From Spirochaetia bacterium (GTDB lineage Bacteria > Spirochaetota > Spirochaetia > SZUA-6 > Bin103), in assembly GCA_965198005.1 (NCBI GenBank), contig CBDAOI010000002.1, positions 544,001 through 608,000 on the forward strand: DNA of 64,000 bases, read 5' to 3'. Each line of letters begins with the position of its first letter. Within the stretch, counting starts at the first letter, position 1. Below are positions 11,236 through 23,422 of the stretch, in pieces. Both the position numbers and the translations under genes were made by a program. The notes under the pieces are model-generated. The model did no database searches. It was not told where the DNA came from and saw only the letters and a program-made list of their open reading frames with translations.

Positions 11236-12450
11236 GTGGGCCAGTACATCACCATGGGCCGGGCCGGACTGGAGGTTCCGGACCATCCGCTCGTTCCGTT
11301 CATCGAAGGCGACGGGACCGGGCCCGACATCTGGGCCGCGGCGGTGCGCGTGTTCGACGCCGCGGTGCGGCGGGCGTACGGCGGCCGCCGGGCGGTCGCG
11401 TGGACCGAGGTGCTGGCCGGGCAGAAGGCGTTCGACGCCACCGGAAGCTGGCTGCCGGAAGCCACCGGAAACGCGTTTCGCGACCACCTGGTCGGCATCA
11501 AGGGGCCGCTCACCACTCCCGTGGGCGGCGGGATCCGCAGTCTGAACGTGGAGTTGCGCCAGCGCCTGGACCTGTACGTGTGCCTGCGGCCGATCAAGTA
11601 CTATCCCGGCGTGCCGTCGCCGGTGCGCGCGCCGGAGCAGGTGGACATGGTGGTGTTCCGGGAGAACACGGAGGACGTGTACGCGGGCTTCGAGCTGGCC
11701 GCGGAGACTCCCGCGGCGCGCAAGCTGCTGCGCTTCCTGCAGGAGGAGATGGGCTGGTCGATACGCCCCGACTCCGGCGTCGGCATCAAGCCGATCTCGC
11801 GTAGCGGCACCGCGCGCCTGGTCCAGGCCGCGATCGACTACGCCATCCGCAACCAGCGCCGGAGCGTCACCCTGGTCCACAAGGGCAACATCCAGAAGTT
11901 CACCGAGGGCGCGTTCCGCGAGTGGGGCTACCAGGTGGCCGCCGAGCAGTACCCGGACGCGACCGTGACCTGGGACCAGGTCGACGGCGAGGTGCCGCCG
12001 GGCAAGGTGCTGATCAAGGACACCATCGCCGACATCTTTCTGCAGCAGGTGCTGACCCGGCCGGCCGAGTTCGACGTAGTGGCCACCATGAACCTCAACG
12101 GCGATTACATCTCCGACGCGCTCGCTGCCCAGGTGGGGGGCATCGGCATCGCGCCGGGGGCCAACATCAACTATCGGACGGGGCACGCCATTTTCGAGGC
12201 CACGCACGGCACGGCGCCCAAGTACGCGGGCCGGAACGTGATCAACCCGTCGTCGGTAATCCTGTCGGGGGCGATGCTGTTCGAGTACCTGGGTTGGGAC
12301 GAGGCGGCGCGCCTGATCGACGGCGCGCTGACCCGGACCATCGGCGAGAAGCAGGTTACCTACGACTTCGCGCGCCTCATGGACGACGCCACGCGGGTAA
12401 CCACCAGTGCCTTCGCCGACCGCATCATCCACCACGTCGATGCCGCCTGA
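11236..12450 (+). CDS. icd: NADP-dependent isocitrate dehydrogenase
   Basis: [58 protein letters not shown] upstream of GTG 11236. Confidence 0.96.
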   Translation: MGQYITMGRAGLEVPDHPLVPFIEGDGTGPDIWAAAVRVFDAAVRRAYGGRRAVAWTEVLAGQKAFDATGSWLPEATGNAFRDHLVGIKGPLTTPVGGGIRSLNVELRQRLDLYVCLRPIKYYPGVPSPVRAPEQVDMVVFRENTEDVYAGFELAAETPAARKLLRFLQEEMGWSIRPDSGVGIKPISRSGTARLVQAAIDYAIRNQRRSVTLVHKGNIQKFTEGAFREWGYQVAAEQYPDATVTWDQVDGEVPPGKVLIKDTIADIFLQQVLTRPAEFDVVATMNLNGDYISDALAAQVGGIGIAPGANINYRTGHAIFEATHGTAPKYAGRNVINPSSVILSGAMLFEYLGWDEAARLIDGALTRTIGEKQVTYDFARLMDDATRVTTSAFADRIIHHVDAA

Positions 12451-12469
12451 CGCCCGGAGACCGTCGCTC

Positions 12470-14464
12470 ATGGCTCTGCGTTCGGCCCCGCCCCGCGACC
12501 CGACCTGCCATCCGACCTGCCATCCGCGCCGGCCCCGGTGGACCTTCCTGCTGGGGGTTGCGCTGCTGCCGCTGGCCGGCCTGCCGGCCGCAGCCACGCC
12601 GGCCGCGCAGACACCCGAGGGGCAGCAGCCGGAAGCGGCCGCGGCGGCGCCGGTGGTGGGCGCCGGCTCCCGCTACTACGCGCGTACCCGGCGTGCGGGC
12701 GTGTTCGCCTCCACCGACGGCGGCCGCACCTGGGAGCAGCGCCGCGCCGGCCTGCCGGAGCGCGAGGTGTACCCGTTTCCGGAGCCGCGCGAGTACGCCC
12801 ACATCACCTCGCTGAGCGCCGATCCGACCGATCCGCGGCGCCTCGCCGCCACCACCGCCGCCGGCATCTGGCTGAGCGAGGACGGCGGCGAAGCGTGGCT
12901 GCGGGTGGCGACCGCCCCGCCGATCCGGCACACCGCCTACTTCACCAGCGTGGCGCTCTCCCCGCACGACGCGGATACGCTGCTGCTGGGCACCTCGTTC
13001 CACGGCCTGTACCAAAGCCGCGACCGGGGCGCGAGCTGGCACCGCGTCGCGGTCGGCCTGCCGTTCCTGACCGAGGGAGCGCTGTTCTACGAAGAGGTGG
13101 CGGCGGTGGGCTACGATCCGCTACGGCCGCGCGCACTGGCGCTGGCCGCCGGGTTCGACGGCGGGATCTTCTACAGTCCCGACCGGACGGCGCCCGACAC
13201 TTGGCGGCGCTATCCGCCGCCGGCGGCGGGCATCACCGACCTGCGGTTCGTCCCGAGCCGGACCGGGTGGACGCTGGAGGTGGCCAACGGCCGGGCCCGG
13301 TGGCGGCTCCGGGCCGACGGCACCTGGAGCCCGGCCATCCCGCTGCCGCCATTCTCCCGGCAGGACGAGCCGGCGCCGGCAGTGGCGCCGCGGGCAGCGG
13401 CCGCGCAGCGGCACGGCATCTACCTGCGCGCGGACACGGCGGCCTGGCAACTGCCGGAGGCGCTGGCGTTCCTGCGGCAGCACGGCCTCGACTCACTGGT
13501 GGTGGACTTCAAGGACGATGCCGGCAACGTGGCCTACGATTCACGACTGCCGCTCGCGCACGAGCTGGGCGCGGTTGACGGCAGAATCGACCTGGATCGC
13601 CTGGTGGCGCAGGCGCACGCGGCGGGCATCTACCTGATCGGGCGGCTGGTGGTGTTCAAGGACCGGCCCCTGTACCAGTGGGACAACCACCGGCTGGCGG
13701 TGTGGGACCGCGAACGCGATTCGCCGTGGGGCCACGTCGTCCCGCACGCGCCGGGCGACGAGCCGGACGAAGCGAACGAGGCGGATTCGCCCGCCGGCGC
13801 GCAGCTCGAGTTCTGGGTCGATCCGTTCGCGCGCGAGGTGTGGGAGTACAACGCCGCGGTGGCCGCCGAGCTGGCCGACCGCGGGGTGGACGAGATCCAG
13901 TTCGACTACGTGCGATTTCCCTCCGACGGTCCCCTGGCGCAGGCCCACTACCGCCATCGGCGCCCCGGCATGGACAAGATCGACGCGATCGAGTCGTTCC
14001 TGGCGGTGGCGCGCGAGCAGGTGGACGCGCCGATCGGTGCCGATCTGTTCGGCTTCAGCTCCTGGCACCGCACCGGCAACTGGATCGGACAGAACATCGA
14101 GATCTTCTCGGAGTACGTCGACGTGATCAGCCCGATGTTCTACCCGTCCCATTTCCCCGCGACGTTCATGGAGGAGATTGCCTATCTTGACCGTGCGTAC
14201 CGGGTGTACGCCGACGGTGTGCGCCGGGCAAAACACTTGGTGCAGGGGCGCAGCTACATTCGCCCGTACGTACAGGCGTTCCTGATCGGGCGCGAGTTGG
14301 AGATGGAACCGGAGGGCTACGGCCGCTACCTGACCCGTCAGCTCGAGGGCAACCGGACGGCGGGCGCGTCCGGGTTCACGCTGTGGAACGCTTCGAACAG
14401 GTATTACATGGTCACCGAGCCGCTACAACCGTACCTCGGTACCGGAGGAGAGGACACATCATGA
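12470..14464 (+). CDS. Secreted protein: BNR/beta-propeller N-terminus plus putative glycoside hydrolase TIM barrel (DUF4015-like)
   Basis: S-x-D-x-G-x-x-W repeats; VVDFKDDAG, RLVVFKD, DEIQFDYVRFP, SPMFYPSH. Confidence 0.8.
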   Translation: MALRSAPPRDPTCHPTCHPRRPRWTFLLGVALLPLAGLPAAATPAAQTPEGQQPEAAAAAPVVGAGSRYYARTRRAGVFASTDGGRTWEQRRAGLPEREVYPFPEPREYAHITSLSADPTDPRRLAATTAAGIWLSEDGGEAWLRVATAPPIRHTAYFTSVALSPHDADTLLLGTSFHGLYQSRDRGASWHRVAVGLPFLTEGALFYEEVAAVGYDPLRPRALALAAGFDGGIFYSPDRTAPDTWRRYPPPAAGITDLRFVPSRTGWTLEVANGRARWRLRADGTWSPAIPLPPFSRQDEPAPAVAPRAAAAQRHGIYLRADTAAWQLPEALAFLRQHGLDSLVVDFKDDAGNVAYDSRLPLAHELGAVDGRIDLDRLVAQAHAAGIYLIGRLVVFKDRPLYQWDNHRLAVWDRERDSPWGHVVPHAPGDEPDEANEADSPAGAQLEFWVDPFAREVWEYNAAVAAELADRGVDEIQFDYVRFPSDGPLAQAHYRHRRPGMDKIDAIESFLAVAREQVDAPIGADLFGFSSWHRTGNWIGQNIEIFSEYVDVISPMFYPSHFPATFMEEIAYLDRAYRVYADGVRRAKHLVQGRSYIRPYVQAFLIGRELEMEPEGYGRYLTRQLEGNRTAGASGFTLWNASNRYYMVTEPLQPYLGTGGEDTS

Positions 14465-14946
14465 AGGTGCCGCAACCCCCGCGACGGATCGGCCGATGGT
14501 GGGAGCGCCTGCGGGCCGTGGCCGGCGCCGCGCTCACGATCGGCGGCGGCGCGGCCGTACTGGGCTGCGCGAGCGACTTGCCGCCGCTGGACGCCGACCT
14601 TACCCCCGCGGAGTTCTTTCAGGCCGCGCAGGAGGCTACCGCGCAGGGCCGCTACGACCGCGCGATCGGCTACTACCAGACGTACCGGCAGCGGTACGGC
14701 ACCGATCCGGCGCCGGACCAAGTCGACCGTCTGCTGTGGGCCGACTACGAGATAGCCTTTCTCCACCACAAGAAGGGCGACGACGAGACCGCGTTGCTGC
14801 TGCTGCACGAGCTGGTTCAGCGCTACGCGCAACCCCAAGCCGTGAACTACTCCGCGGCGCCGCGGGTCATGGCGCAACGCGTGATCGCGGAGCTGGAAGG
14901 CACCGCGGACGCGCCGCCGCCACCCGCACCGGAAGCGGAATCGTAG
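14461..14946 (+). CDS. TPR/BamD-like lipoprotein
   Basis: Lipobox VLGC, helical repeats, ATGA overlap. Confidence 0.7.
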   Translation: MKVPQPPRRIGRWWERLRAVAGAALTIGGGAAVLGCASDLPPLDADLTPAEFFQAAQEATAQGRYDRAIGYYQTYRQRYGTDPAPDQVDRLLWADYEIAFLHHKKGDDETALLLLHELVQRYAQPQAVNYSAAPRVMAQRVIAELEGTADAPPPPAPEAES

Positions 14947-15002
14947 TCGGCGCGCGGGCGCCGCGGTAAAGCGGCAGGCAACATGGGGCTGTTGCTCAGG
15001 TC

Positions 15003-16019
15003 ATGAGACGTTCAAGCAGCTTGGGCCGGGCCGCGCCGGCCGCGGTACGCGCGCGGATCGTAACGGTCGTAGTGGTGGCATGGTGGACGCTCGGATGCGA
15101 ACCGATCGGCCATGCCCTGGAAGAGGACGTGGACCTGCTGCCGCCCGTGGTCCTGGGGGTGGCGGCCGTGGCCGAGGATACGGTAACCGTCACGTTCGAC
15201 GAAGCGGCCACCGTCACCGTCGAGGAAGTCGCGTTCGAACCGGCGATGGGCGTGGCGGAGGTGACCGCGGGGGAGACGGTGTCGATCCGGACCGACGGCG
15301 CCCTGGCCATCGGCGCGGAGTACACCCTGCATGCCACCGCCCGCGACGCGCGCGGCAACTCCACTACCTTCGTCGCCCGCTTCGCGGGCCACAACCCGCG
15401 CCCGCCCGGACTGCTGATCAACGAATTCACCACCAAGGGCAGCAAGAAGCGGCGAGACGCGATCGAGCTGTACGTCACCGACGGCGGCAATCTCGGCGGC
15501 GTCACCCTGTACGACGGCACCGCCGACGACTATCGCGACCACGTGGTGCTGCCCCCGGTCGAGGTGAGCACCGGCGACTACGTCGTGATCCACGCCACCA
15601 CCGACGGTCCGGGCGAGGGTGCGACCGAGCAGGCCGGGGAGTTGGACTTCTGGATGGAGAAGGGCGAGGGGCTGTCCGGCAACAACGGCGTGCTCACGCT
15701 GTACGTGGCGCCGACCGGAGAGCTGCTCGACGGGTTGCTTTACAGCAACCGCACGTCGGACTCGGATGAACGCTACCGTGGATTCGGCAGCAAGGCGACC
15801 ATGGAACGGGCCGACCGCCTGGTGGAACTCGGCGGCTGGCAGATCGTGGGGACGCAGGCGGCGCCGGAGGACGCGGTCAGCTCGGCCGCCACCACTTCCA
15901 CCCGCTCGCTCAACCGCGACTCATCGAGCACCGACACCGATGCCGCCGCCGACTGGCACACCGTCCCCACCCGCGGCGCAAGTTTCGGCTCCCCCAACGA
16001 CGACCGCGTCCACGAGTGA
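15003..16019 (+). CDS. Lipoprotein with Ig-like and lamin-tail-like domains
   Basis: TLGC lipobox; LLINEF...DAIELY, GLSGNNGVLTL. Confidence 0.65.
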   Translation: MRRSSSLGRAAPAAVRARIVTVVVVAWWTLGCEPIGHALEEDVDLLPPVVLGVAAVAEDTVTVTFDEAATVTVEEVAFEPAMGVAEVTAGETVSIRTDGALAIGAEYTLHATARDARGNSTTFVARFAGHNPRPPGLLINEFTTKGSKKRRDAIELYVTDGGNLGGVTLYDGTADDYRDHVVLPPVEVSTGDYVVIHATTDGPGEGATEQAGELDFWMEKGEGLSGNNGVLTLYVAPTGELLDGLLYSNRTSDSDERYRGFGSKATMERADRLVELGGWQIVGTQAAPEDAVSSAATTSTRSLNRDSSSTDTDAAADWHTVPTRGASFGSPNDDRVHE

Positions 16020-16027
16020 CGATCCGG

Positions 16028-16351
16028 TCAGACCTCGTTCTTGAACATGCCCTCGATGGTTTCGCGGGGGACGGCGCCGACCTGTTGGCGGACCACCTCG
16101 CCACGCTTGAACAGCAGCAGGGTTGGGATGCTGACGATGTTGAAGCGCTGCGCGATCTCACCGTGGTCGTCGACGTTGACCTTGGCCACCTTGAGCCGGC
16201 CGGCGTAGTCCTGGGAGATCTGCTGCAGCACAGGGGCGATCATCTTGCACGGGGCGCACCACTCGGCCCAGAAGTCGACGATGACCGGGGTGTCGGCCTC
16301 CAGCACCTCGGCGGTGAAATTGTCCTGGCTGATGGTTACTTCGGTTGACAT
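16028..16351 (-). CDS. trxA: Thioredoxin
   Basis: VDFWAEWCAPCK, SIPTLLLFK; GAGGAG upstream of ATG 16351. Confidence 0.96.
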   Translation of the reverse strand: MSTEVTISQDNFTAEVLEADTPVIVDFWAEWCAPCKMIAPVLQQISQDYAGRLKVAKVNVDDHGEIAQRFNIVSIPTLLLFKRGEVVRQQVGAVPRETIEGMFKNEV

Positions 16352-16422
16352 TGGTTGCTCCTCGGAAATGACGCATTCTCTGGCGTACGACAATATACTG
16401 GCATCCGGGCGCCGGAGCCACG

Positions 16423-17225
16423 TCAATCCGCCGGCGCGGCCGGCGCGCGCGGGCCGGCCGGCGGGTCGGCTTGGGCGTCGGCGCCGGCGGTCAGCAGCCG
16501 GGCGACCGCCTGCGCCATCAGGGGCCGGGGGGCGGCGTGCGGCTCCCGGCGCAGCAGGTGCACGAACCAGGTGCCCACCACCACGTAGGCCACGTGCGGC
16601 GCAAGCGCCCGCACCTGGCTGTGGTCGCGCACGCCGAAGCCGGCCAGCGGCCGGCCGCCCAGCTCCCGGATCGCCCGCAGGAAGGCCAGGTTGTCGTCGC
16701 CGATCGCGGTGTAGCTGCCGGTAATCCCCTTGCGCAGCGCGGCGTACACCCAGTCGGTCTCGACCTGCTCCACGATCAGGCGCAGGCGCTCCGGCGCCGT
16801 GCTCGGCACGACCACCGGGATCACGGCCACTCCGGTCGCGGCGCCGGCCGCGTACAGCCCCTCGTCGTAGTCGGGCGGCAGGTCGGGGGCAATGATCGCG
16901 TCCGCGCCGGCGGCGCGGCAGCGCTGCACGAAGCCGGCGACGCCGTTCCGGAACACGAGATTGGCGTAGCTCATCACCGCGATCGGGATCCCGGAATAGG
17001 CGCGCAGCGCCGCCACCAGGTCGAAGCCGCGCTGCACGGTGAACCCGGCGGCCAGCGCGCCGTCGCACGCGGCCTGAATGTGCGGGCCGTCGGCGGTGGG
17101 ATCGCTGAACGGAAACTGCACCTCCAGGAACGCCGCGCCGCCGTCCACCAGCCCCTTGCCCACCTCCAGCGACGCCTCCCAGTCGGGAAACGACGCCACC
17201 AGGTGGGCCATGACGCGCGCGCCGC

Positions 17226-17229
<4 letters not shown>
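16423..17229 (-). CDS. trpA: Tryptophan synthase alpha subunit
   Basis: LEVQFPFSDPTADGP, GITG, LAGFGV; ATGA overlap with trpB. Confidence 0.93.
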
Positions 17230-18466
<1,237 letters not shown>

Positions 18467-18470
<4 letters not shown>

Positions 18471-19957
18471 GCGGTACTCCGTGAGACGGTGGCGTGCGCC
18501 GCCGCCTGGATCTGGCGGAAGAACTCGCGCAGCCGGGCGGGGTCCTTGCGGCCGGGTGCGGCCTCGAGCTGGCTGGAGCTGTCGACCAGCTCCGGCGCGT
18601 GCTCCCGAATGATCGCGCCGACGTTGTCGGGGCCGACCCCGCCGGCCAGCCACAGCGGGTGGGGCGGGGGCTGCTGCGCGGCGCGGGCGGCCAGCAGGGC
18701 GCGGTCGACGCGGCGTCCGGTGCCGCCGCGCACCGCGCCCGAGAACGCATCCAGCAGCACGCGCGGACAGCGGTAGCGCCGCTCGGCGGCGAGGTCCGCG
18801 GCCGACCCCACCTGCAGCGCCTTGTAGTATGGAAACGCCAGCTCGTAGCACTGCTCCGGCGCCTCGTCCCCGTGGAGCTGCACGGCGTCCAGCAAGCCCT
18901 GCTCCAGCAGGCTGCGGGCGACCGCGGTGTCGTTCACCACCACCCCCACCGTGAGCGCCGGCACGTCGCCCAGCCGGACGATCTCCTCCGGGTCGGCCCG
19001 TCGCGGCGACGGCGCGAGGATGAACCCGAGCAGGTCTGCCCCCAGCTCGACCGCGCGTACGGCGTCGTCACGCCGGGTCAGGCCGCACACCTTGACCAGC
19101 GGCCGGCCGCCGTCGGCGCCGGCACGCGCGCTGCGGTCGTGCAGGGCGCCGAACACCCGCTGCCAGAACCGGTGTCCGCCGGCGGCGTGCTCCAGCACCC
19201 GGCCCAGCTCGGCCACCAGCTCCGGACGGCGCACCACCGCCTCCCCGACCAGCACGCCGTCGAACCCGGCGGCGCAGGCGAACGCGGCATCCTCGGCGGT
19301 GTGGATGCCGGACTCGAACAGCAGCGTCGTGGGCCAATCGATCGCGGGCCGCAGCCGCGCCGGCAGCGTGGTGTCCACCTGAAACGTGCTCAGGTCGCGG
19401 CTGTTGATGCCGGTCAACTCCGGACGGACGGCGCGCGCCTTGGCCAGGTCGGCGCGGTCGTGTACCTCCACCAGGGCCGTCATGCCGAGCGCGCGGGCGC
19501 GCGCCGCCAGCGCCCGCAGCTCCGCCACCTCGAGGCAGGAGGCGAGCAGCAGCACGGCGTCGGCTCCGGCGCGGCAGGAGACCTCCAGGTCCCGTTCGTC
19601 GAGCAGAAAGTCCTTGCGCAGCACGCTGAGCTGCGGGCAGGCCGCCTTCACCGCCATCAGGTCGCCCAGGGAGCCGCCGAAGTGATCGGGCTCGGTGAGC
19701 ACCGACACGTTACGCACCCCGGCCGCGGCGTAGCGGCGCGCCTGTTCAACCGCGTCCAGCCCGGCGGCGATGTTGCCGCGCGACGGCGAGGCGCGCTTGA
19801 TCTCGCACACCAGCAGGCGCGCGCGGGCGGCGGCCGCCGCCGGCAGGAACGGCACCGGCGGCAGGGTCCGCCGCGGCGGCACCGCCTCGCCCAGCTCCGG
19901 CCCCTCGACCCGCACCCGGCGGCGGCGGCCGGCTACGATCTCCTGCAGGTACGCCAC
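18467..19957 (-). CDS. trpCF: Fused indole-3-glycerol-phosphate synthase / phosphoribosylanthranilate isomerase
   Basis: EIKRASPSRG, VLRKDF, ESGI (TrpC), then VKVCGLT, VQLHGDE, GGTG, LAGG (TrpF). Confidence 0.94.
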
Positions 19958-19960
19958 GGG

Positions 19961-21589
19961 TCAACCGGAGCCGGCCGCCGCCGCCGGCTTCTCCCTGAGG
20001 CCGGCGGCGGTGGCGATCACCCGTTCCAGCAGCGCGGCCGCGCTGCCGTCGCTCAGCGCCGCGCGCGCGCGCCGGTAGCCGCCTTCGATATCGGCCGCCA
20101 CTCCGCACACGTACAGCGCGGCGCCGGCGTTCAGCGCCACCGCGTCGCGCAGCCCGTCGGCGCCGCCGCCGGCCAGCAGCGCGTGCGCCGCCGCCGCGTT
20201 GTCGGCGGCGCTGCCCCCTTTGAGCTGGTCCAGGCTCACGCACGCGATCCCGCAGCTCTCCGGCCCGAACTCGCGCTGCACCAGGCGGCCGTCCTCGCCA
20301 ATTTCTACCATTGTAGTGGGCCCGGTCACCGACACCTCATCCTGGCCGTCGCGACCGTGCACCACCAGCACCCGGCGCACACCGAGCAGCCGCGCGGCGC
20401 GCGCCACCGGCTCGCACAGAGCGGCGTCGTACACCCCGATCAACTGGAATTCGGCCTCGGCGGGATTCACCAGCGGGCCGAGCAGGTTCATCACGCTCTT
20501 GATCCCCAGTTCGGCGCGCACCGGCGCGGCGTGACGCATGGCGCCGTGGTAGGTGGGCGCGAACAGGAACGCGAACCCGGTCTGCTCCAGCAACGCGCCC
20601 GCCTGCTCCGGGGTGAGGTCGGCCGCGACCCCCAGCTCGCGGTAGAAGTCGGCGCTGCCGCTCGGTGAGCTCACCCCGCGGTTGCCGTGCTTGGCCACCC
20701 GGGCACCGCAGCTCGCGGCCACCAGCGCCGCCAGCGACGAGATGTTGAACGTGGCCAGGCCGTCGCCGCCGGTGCCGCAGGTATCCACCAGCGGCCCCGC
20801 GCACTCCAGGCGCCGCTTCTTGCGCTTCAGCACCGCCGCGAAACCGGCGATCTCCTCCGCGGTATAGCCCTTCAGCGCCAGCGCCACCAGCATCGCGGCG
20901 AGCTGACTGGCCGGCAGCCGGCCGGTGGTGACCTCGTCCATCAGCTCCGACGCTTCCTGCAGGCTGAGCGCCTCGCCCCGCATCACCCGGTCCAGCAGCG
21001 GGCGGAAGGTGAACGGCTCCCGCCGGTACTCCACGAAGTTGGCCAGCAGCCGGATACCGGCCTCGGAGGCGATCGACTCGGGATGGAACTGCACCCCCTC
21101 GACCACCCACTCGCGGTGCCGGATTCCCATCACCTCGCCGTCGGCGGTGGTGGCGGTAACCTCGAACTCCGGCGGGATGGTGTCGCGCTGCACCACCAGC
21201 GAGTGATAGCGCGTGAACACCGAGGGCGAGGGTATCGCCCGGAACAGTCCGCGCCCGTCGAGGCTGATCCGGTCGGTCTTGCCGTGCACGATGCTGCCGG
21301 CGCCGACGATGCTCGCCCCGAACGCGCAGCCGATCGCCTGATGGCCCAGGCAAACCCCCAGAATCGGGGTCTTGCCGGCGAAGTGGCGCACCACCTCGAC
21401 CGACACGCCCGCGTCTTCGGGGCGGCCGGGACCCGGCGAGATCACGATGCCCTCCGGTTGCAGCCGCTCCAGTTGCGCCACCGTGATGCGGTCGTTGCGA
21501 AACACGCGCACCTCGGTCGGAACCAGCGGCGCCAGATACTGAAACAGGTTGTAGGTAAAGGAATCGTAGTTGTCGATGATCACGTACAT
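19961..21589 (-). CDS. trpGD: Fused anthranilate synthase component II / anthranilate phosphoribosyltransferase
   Basis: IDNYDSFTYN, SPGPG, GVCLGHQ, QFHPES, then DTCGTGGDG, KHGNR, NLLGPL. Confidence 0.95.
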   Translation of the reverse strand: MYVIIDNYDSFTYNLFQYLAPLVPTEVRVFRNDRITVAQLERLQPEGIVISPGPGRPEDAGVSVEVVRHFAGKTPILGVCLGHQAIGCAFGASIVGAGSIVHGKTDRISLDGRGLFRAIPSPSVFTRYHSLVVQRDTIPPEFEVTATTADGEVMGIRHREWVVEGVQFHPESIASEAGIRLLANFVEYRREPFTFRPLLDRVMRGEALSLQEASELMDEVTTGRLPASQLAAMLVALALKGYTAEEIAGFAAVLKRKKRRLECAGPLVDTCGTGGDGLATFNISSLAALVAASCGARVAKHGNRGVSSPSGSADFYRELGVAADLTPEQAGALLEQTGFAFLFAPTYHGAMRHAAPVRAELGIKSVMNLLGPLVNPAEAEFQLIGVYDAALCEPVARAARLLGVRRVLVVHGRDGQDEVSVTGPTTMVEIGEDGRLVQREFGPESCGIACVSLDQLKGGSAADNAAAAHALLAGGGADGLRDAVALNAGAALYVCGVAADIEGGYRRARAALSDGSAAALLERVIATAAGLREKPAAAAGSG

Positions 21590-21599
21590 CGGCGTCCTC

Positions 21600-23048
21600 C
21601 TACAGCTCCAGCCCGACCGCGGCGGCCAGGGCACGCAGCTTGTTCTGGGTCTCCTCGTACTCGTTGCGCGGCACCGAGTCGTACACCACGCCGGCGCCGG
21701 CGTGCAGCACCAGCCGGTCGCCCTTCTTCACCGCCGAGCGGATGGTGATGCAGGAGTCGAGCGAGCCGTCCGGCTCAACATAGCCCACGATGCCGGCGTA
21801 GAAGCCGCGCGTCTCGCTTTCCAGGGCGTCCAGCGTCTCCATCGCCTGGATTTTCGGCGCGCCGGTCACGGTCCCGGCCGGGAACGTGGCGCGCACGGCG
21901 TGGGTACCGTCCCGGTCCGGCTGCAGGTCCGCCTCCACCTGCGACACGATGTGCATCACGTGCGAGTAGCGTTCGATCACGTTGCGCTCGGTCACTTCCA
22001 CGGTGCCCGGCCGCGACACCCGCCCCATGTCGTTGCGCGCCAGATCCACCAGCATCAAGTGCTCGGCCAGTTCCTTCTCGTCGGACAGCAGGTCGGTCTC
22101 CAGCGCCTGGTCCGCGCGCCGGTCGGCGCCGCGCGGCCGGGTGCCGGCGATCGGCCGCATCATGATGCGGCTGCCGGTCGTCTTGACGTGCACCTCCGGC
22201 GACGCCCCGAACAGTTGGAAGTCGCCGCAGTCCACGTAGAACATGTAAGGCGAGGGGTTGGCCGAACGCAGGTTGCGGTAGGCTTCGAGCGCCGTCAGCG
22301 GGGTCTCGATGACCAAGCGGCGTGACAACACCGCCTGGAACAGATTGCCCTTGATGATCTCCTCGCGCAGCAGCTCGACGCCGTCCATGAACTGCTGCTG
22401 GTCGTCGCTGCCCGGCACGGCCGCGGCCGGGTGGGAGCGGGGCTCGGTCATGAAGTTGAAGTCGAGGTCGTTGATGCGCCGCTCGGTCTCGTCGAGGGCG
22501 CGCTCCAGGTCGATGGCGTGCTCGTCGTAGTTGACGCCGACCAGGGTCAGCGTATCGGTATAGTGATCGAACACCACGAACACGTGGCCGAACACGAAGT
22601 ACGCCTCCGGCAACCCCAGCGAGTCGGCCTTCGCCACCAGCCGCACCGTGTCGAAGCGGGTGGCGTACTCGTACGACAGATAGCCGACGCCGCCGACCGG
22701 AAACGGGAACGGGTGCGGCCCTGACGCGCGATGCTGGTTGGCGAAGTACAGCAGCACGTCGAGCACGTCGCGCCCCGAGCTGCGCAGCCGGAAGCGGCGG
22801 CCGTCCCGCACCATGAACACCTCTCCGTTCCACTCCTCGAGCGCGAACGCCGGCCGCAGCAGCAGGATGCTGTAGCGTTCGCGGCCGCGGTGGAACGAGG
22901 CGGATTCCAGCAGCACGGTGGCATTCAGCTTGCGCGCCAGCGTGTAGGGAGTGAACCGCTCGCCCGGAATCGTACGCAGCGCGGTACGCTCATGGGACTG
23001 GAGGGAGACGGCCGGGGCGGATGCGATCGGATCGCTCTGTGTGCTCAT
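21600..23048 (-). CDS. trpE: Anthranilate synthase component I
   Basis: LLES, NPSPYMF, PIAGTRPRG, EHLMLVDLARND, FPAGTVTGAPK; GAGGAG upstream of ATG. Confidence 0.96.
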   Translation of the reverse strand: MSTQSDPIASAPAVSLQSHERTALRTIPGERFTPYTLARKLNATVLLESASFHRGRERYSILLLRPAFALEEWNGEVFMVRDGRRFRLRSSGRDVLDVLLYFANQHRASGPHPFPFPVGGVGYLSYEYATRFDTVRLVAKADSLGLPEAYFVFGHVFVVFDHYTDTLTLVGVNYDEHAIDLERALDETERRINDLDFNFMTEPRSHPAAAVPGSDDQQQFMDGVELLREEIIKGNLFQAVLSRRLVIETPLTALEAYRNLRSANPSPYMFYVDCGDFQLFGASPEVHVKTTGSRIMMRPIAGTRPRGADRRADQALETDLLSDEKELAEHLMLVDLARNDMGRVSRPGTVEVTERNVIERYSHVMHIVSQVEADLQPDRDGTHAVRATFPAGTVTGAPKIQAMETLDALESETRGFYAGIVGYVEPDGSLDSCITIRSAVKKGDRLVLHAGAGVVYDSVPRNEYEETQNKLRALAAAVGLEL

Positions 23049-23113
23049 GACATGCTCCTCGTCACGGTATGCGCCGGCCAGGTTGCCCGAGGAGCGAGGC
23101 CCGGGGCGGTGCC

Positions 23114-23214
23114 AATGAAACAAGCCGCCGACCCTGGTCACTCCCGACAACCAGAACCCGCGGCTCGTGGGGCGCTCTACAACGCATACGCCCCGCTGAC
23201 GTGGCGGCTCCCGG
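23114..23214 (-). promoter_or_regulatory. trp attenuator (alternative hairpins)
   Basis: mRNA GAGCCGC-GG-GTTCTGGTTG/TGACCAGGGT-CG-GCGGCTT followed by GTTTCATT; a second GAGCCGCC just after the leader stop can pair with the same 3' arm; internal GGGGCG/CGCCCC hairpin. Confidence 0.7.
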
Positions 23215-23262
23215 TTATCCCGAGACCCACCACCAGTAATGGCTCGCTACGGCCAGAGTCAT
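23215..23262 (-). CDS. trpL: trp operon leader peptide MTLAVASHYWWWVSG
   Basis: ATG...TAC TGG TGG TGG GTC TCG GGA TAA, three tandem Trp codons about 170 nt upstream of trpE. Confidence 0.9.
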   Translation of the reverse strand: MTLAVASHYWWWVSG

Positions 23263-23269
23263 GCCGTTG

Positions 23270-23299
23270 ATATTACAACACATCGCATCGCGACGTCAA
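23270..23299 (-). promoter_or_regulatory. Sigma70-type promoter of the trp leader
   Basis: TTGACG-N18-TAATAT, 7 nt before the leader ATG. Confidence 0.65.
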
Positions 23300-23422
23300 G
23301 CGGGCGGGCAAGCCGTTGGCGTCGGCCCGACGCTGCTGCCGGTCGCCCAAATCACGTACAGCCCTGGCGTTCCGCATTGCCGCAGTGCGCCGAACGAGCG
23401 TAGGCACGGTACCGGTGCTCAC

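Noticed and set aside
12500-12523. Short coding duplications (also 7795-7831 and the 6500-6660 tail)
   Set aside because: In-frame, low-complexity linker duplications.
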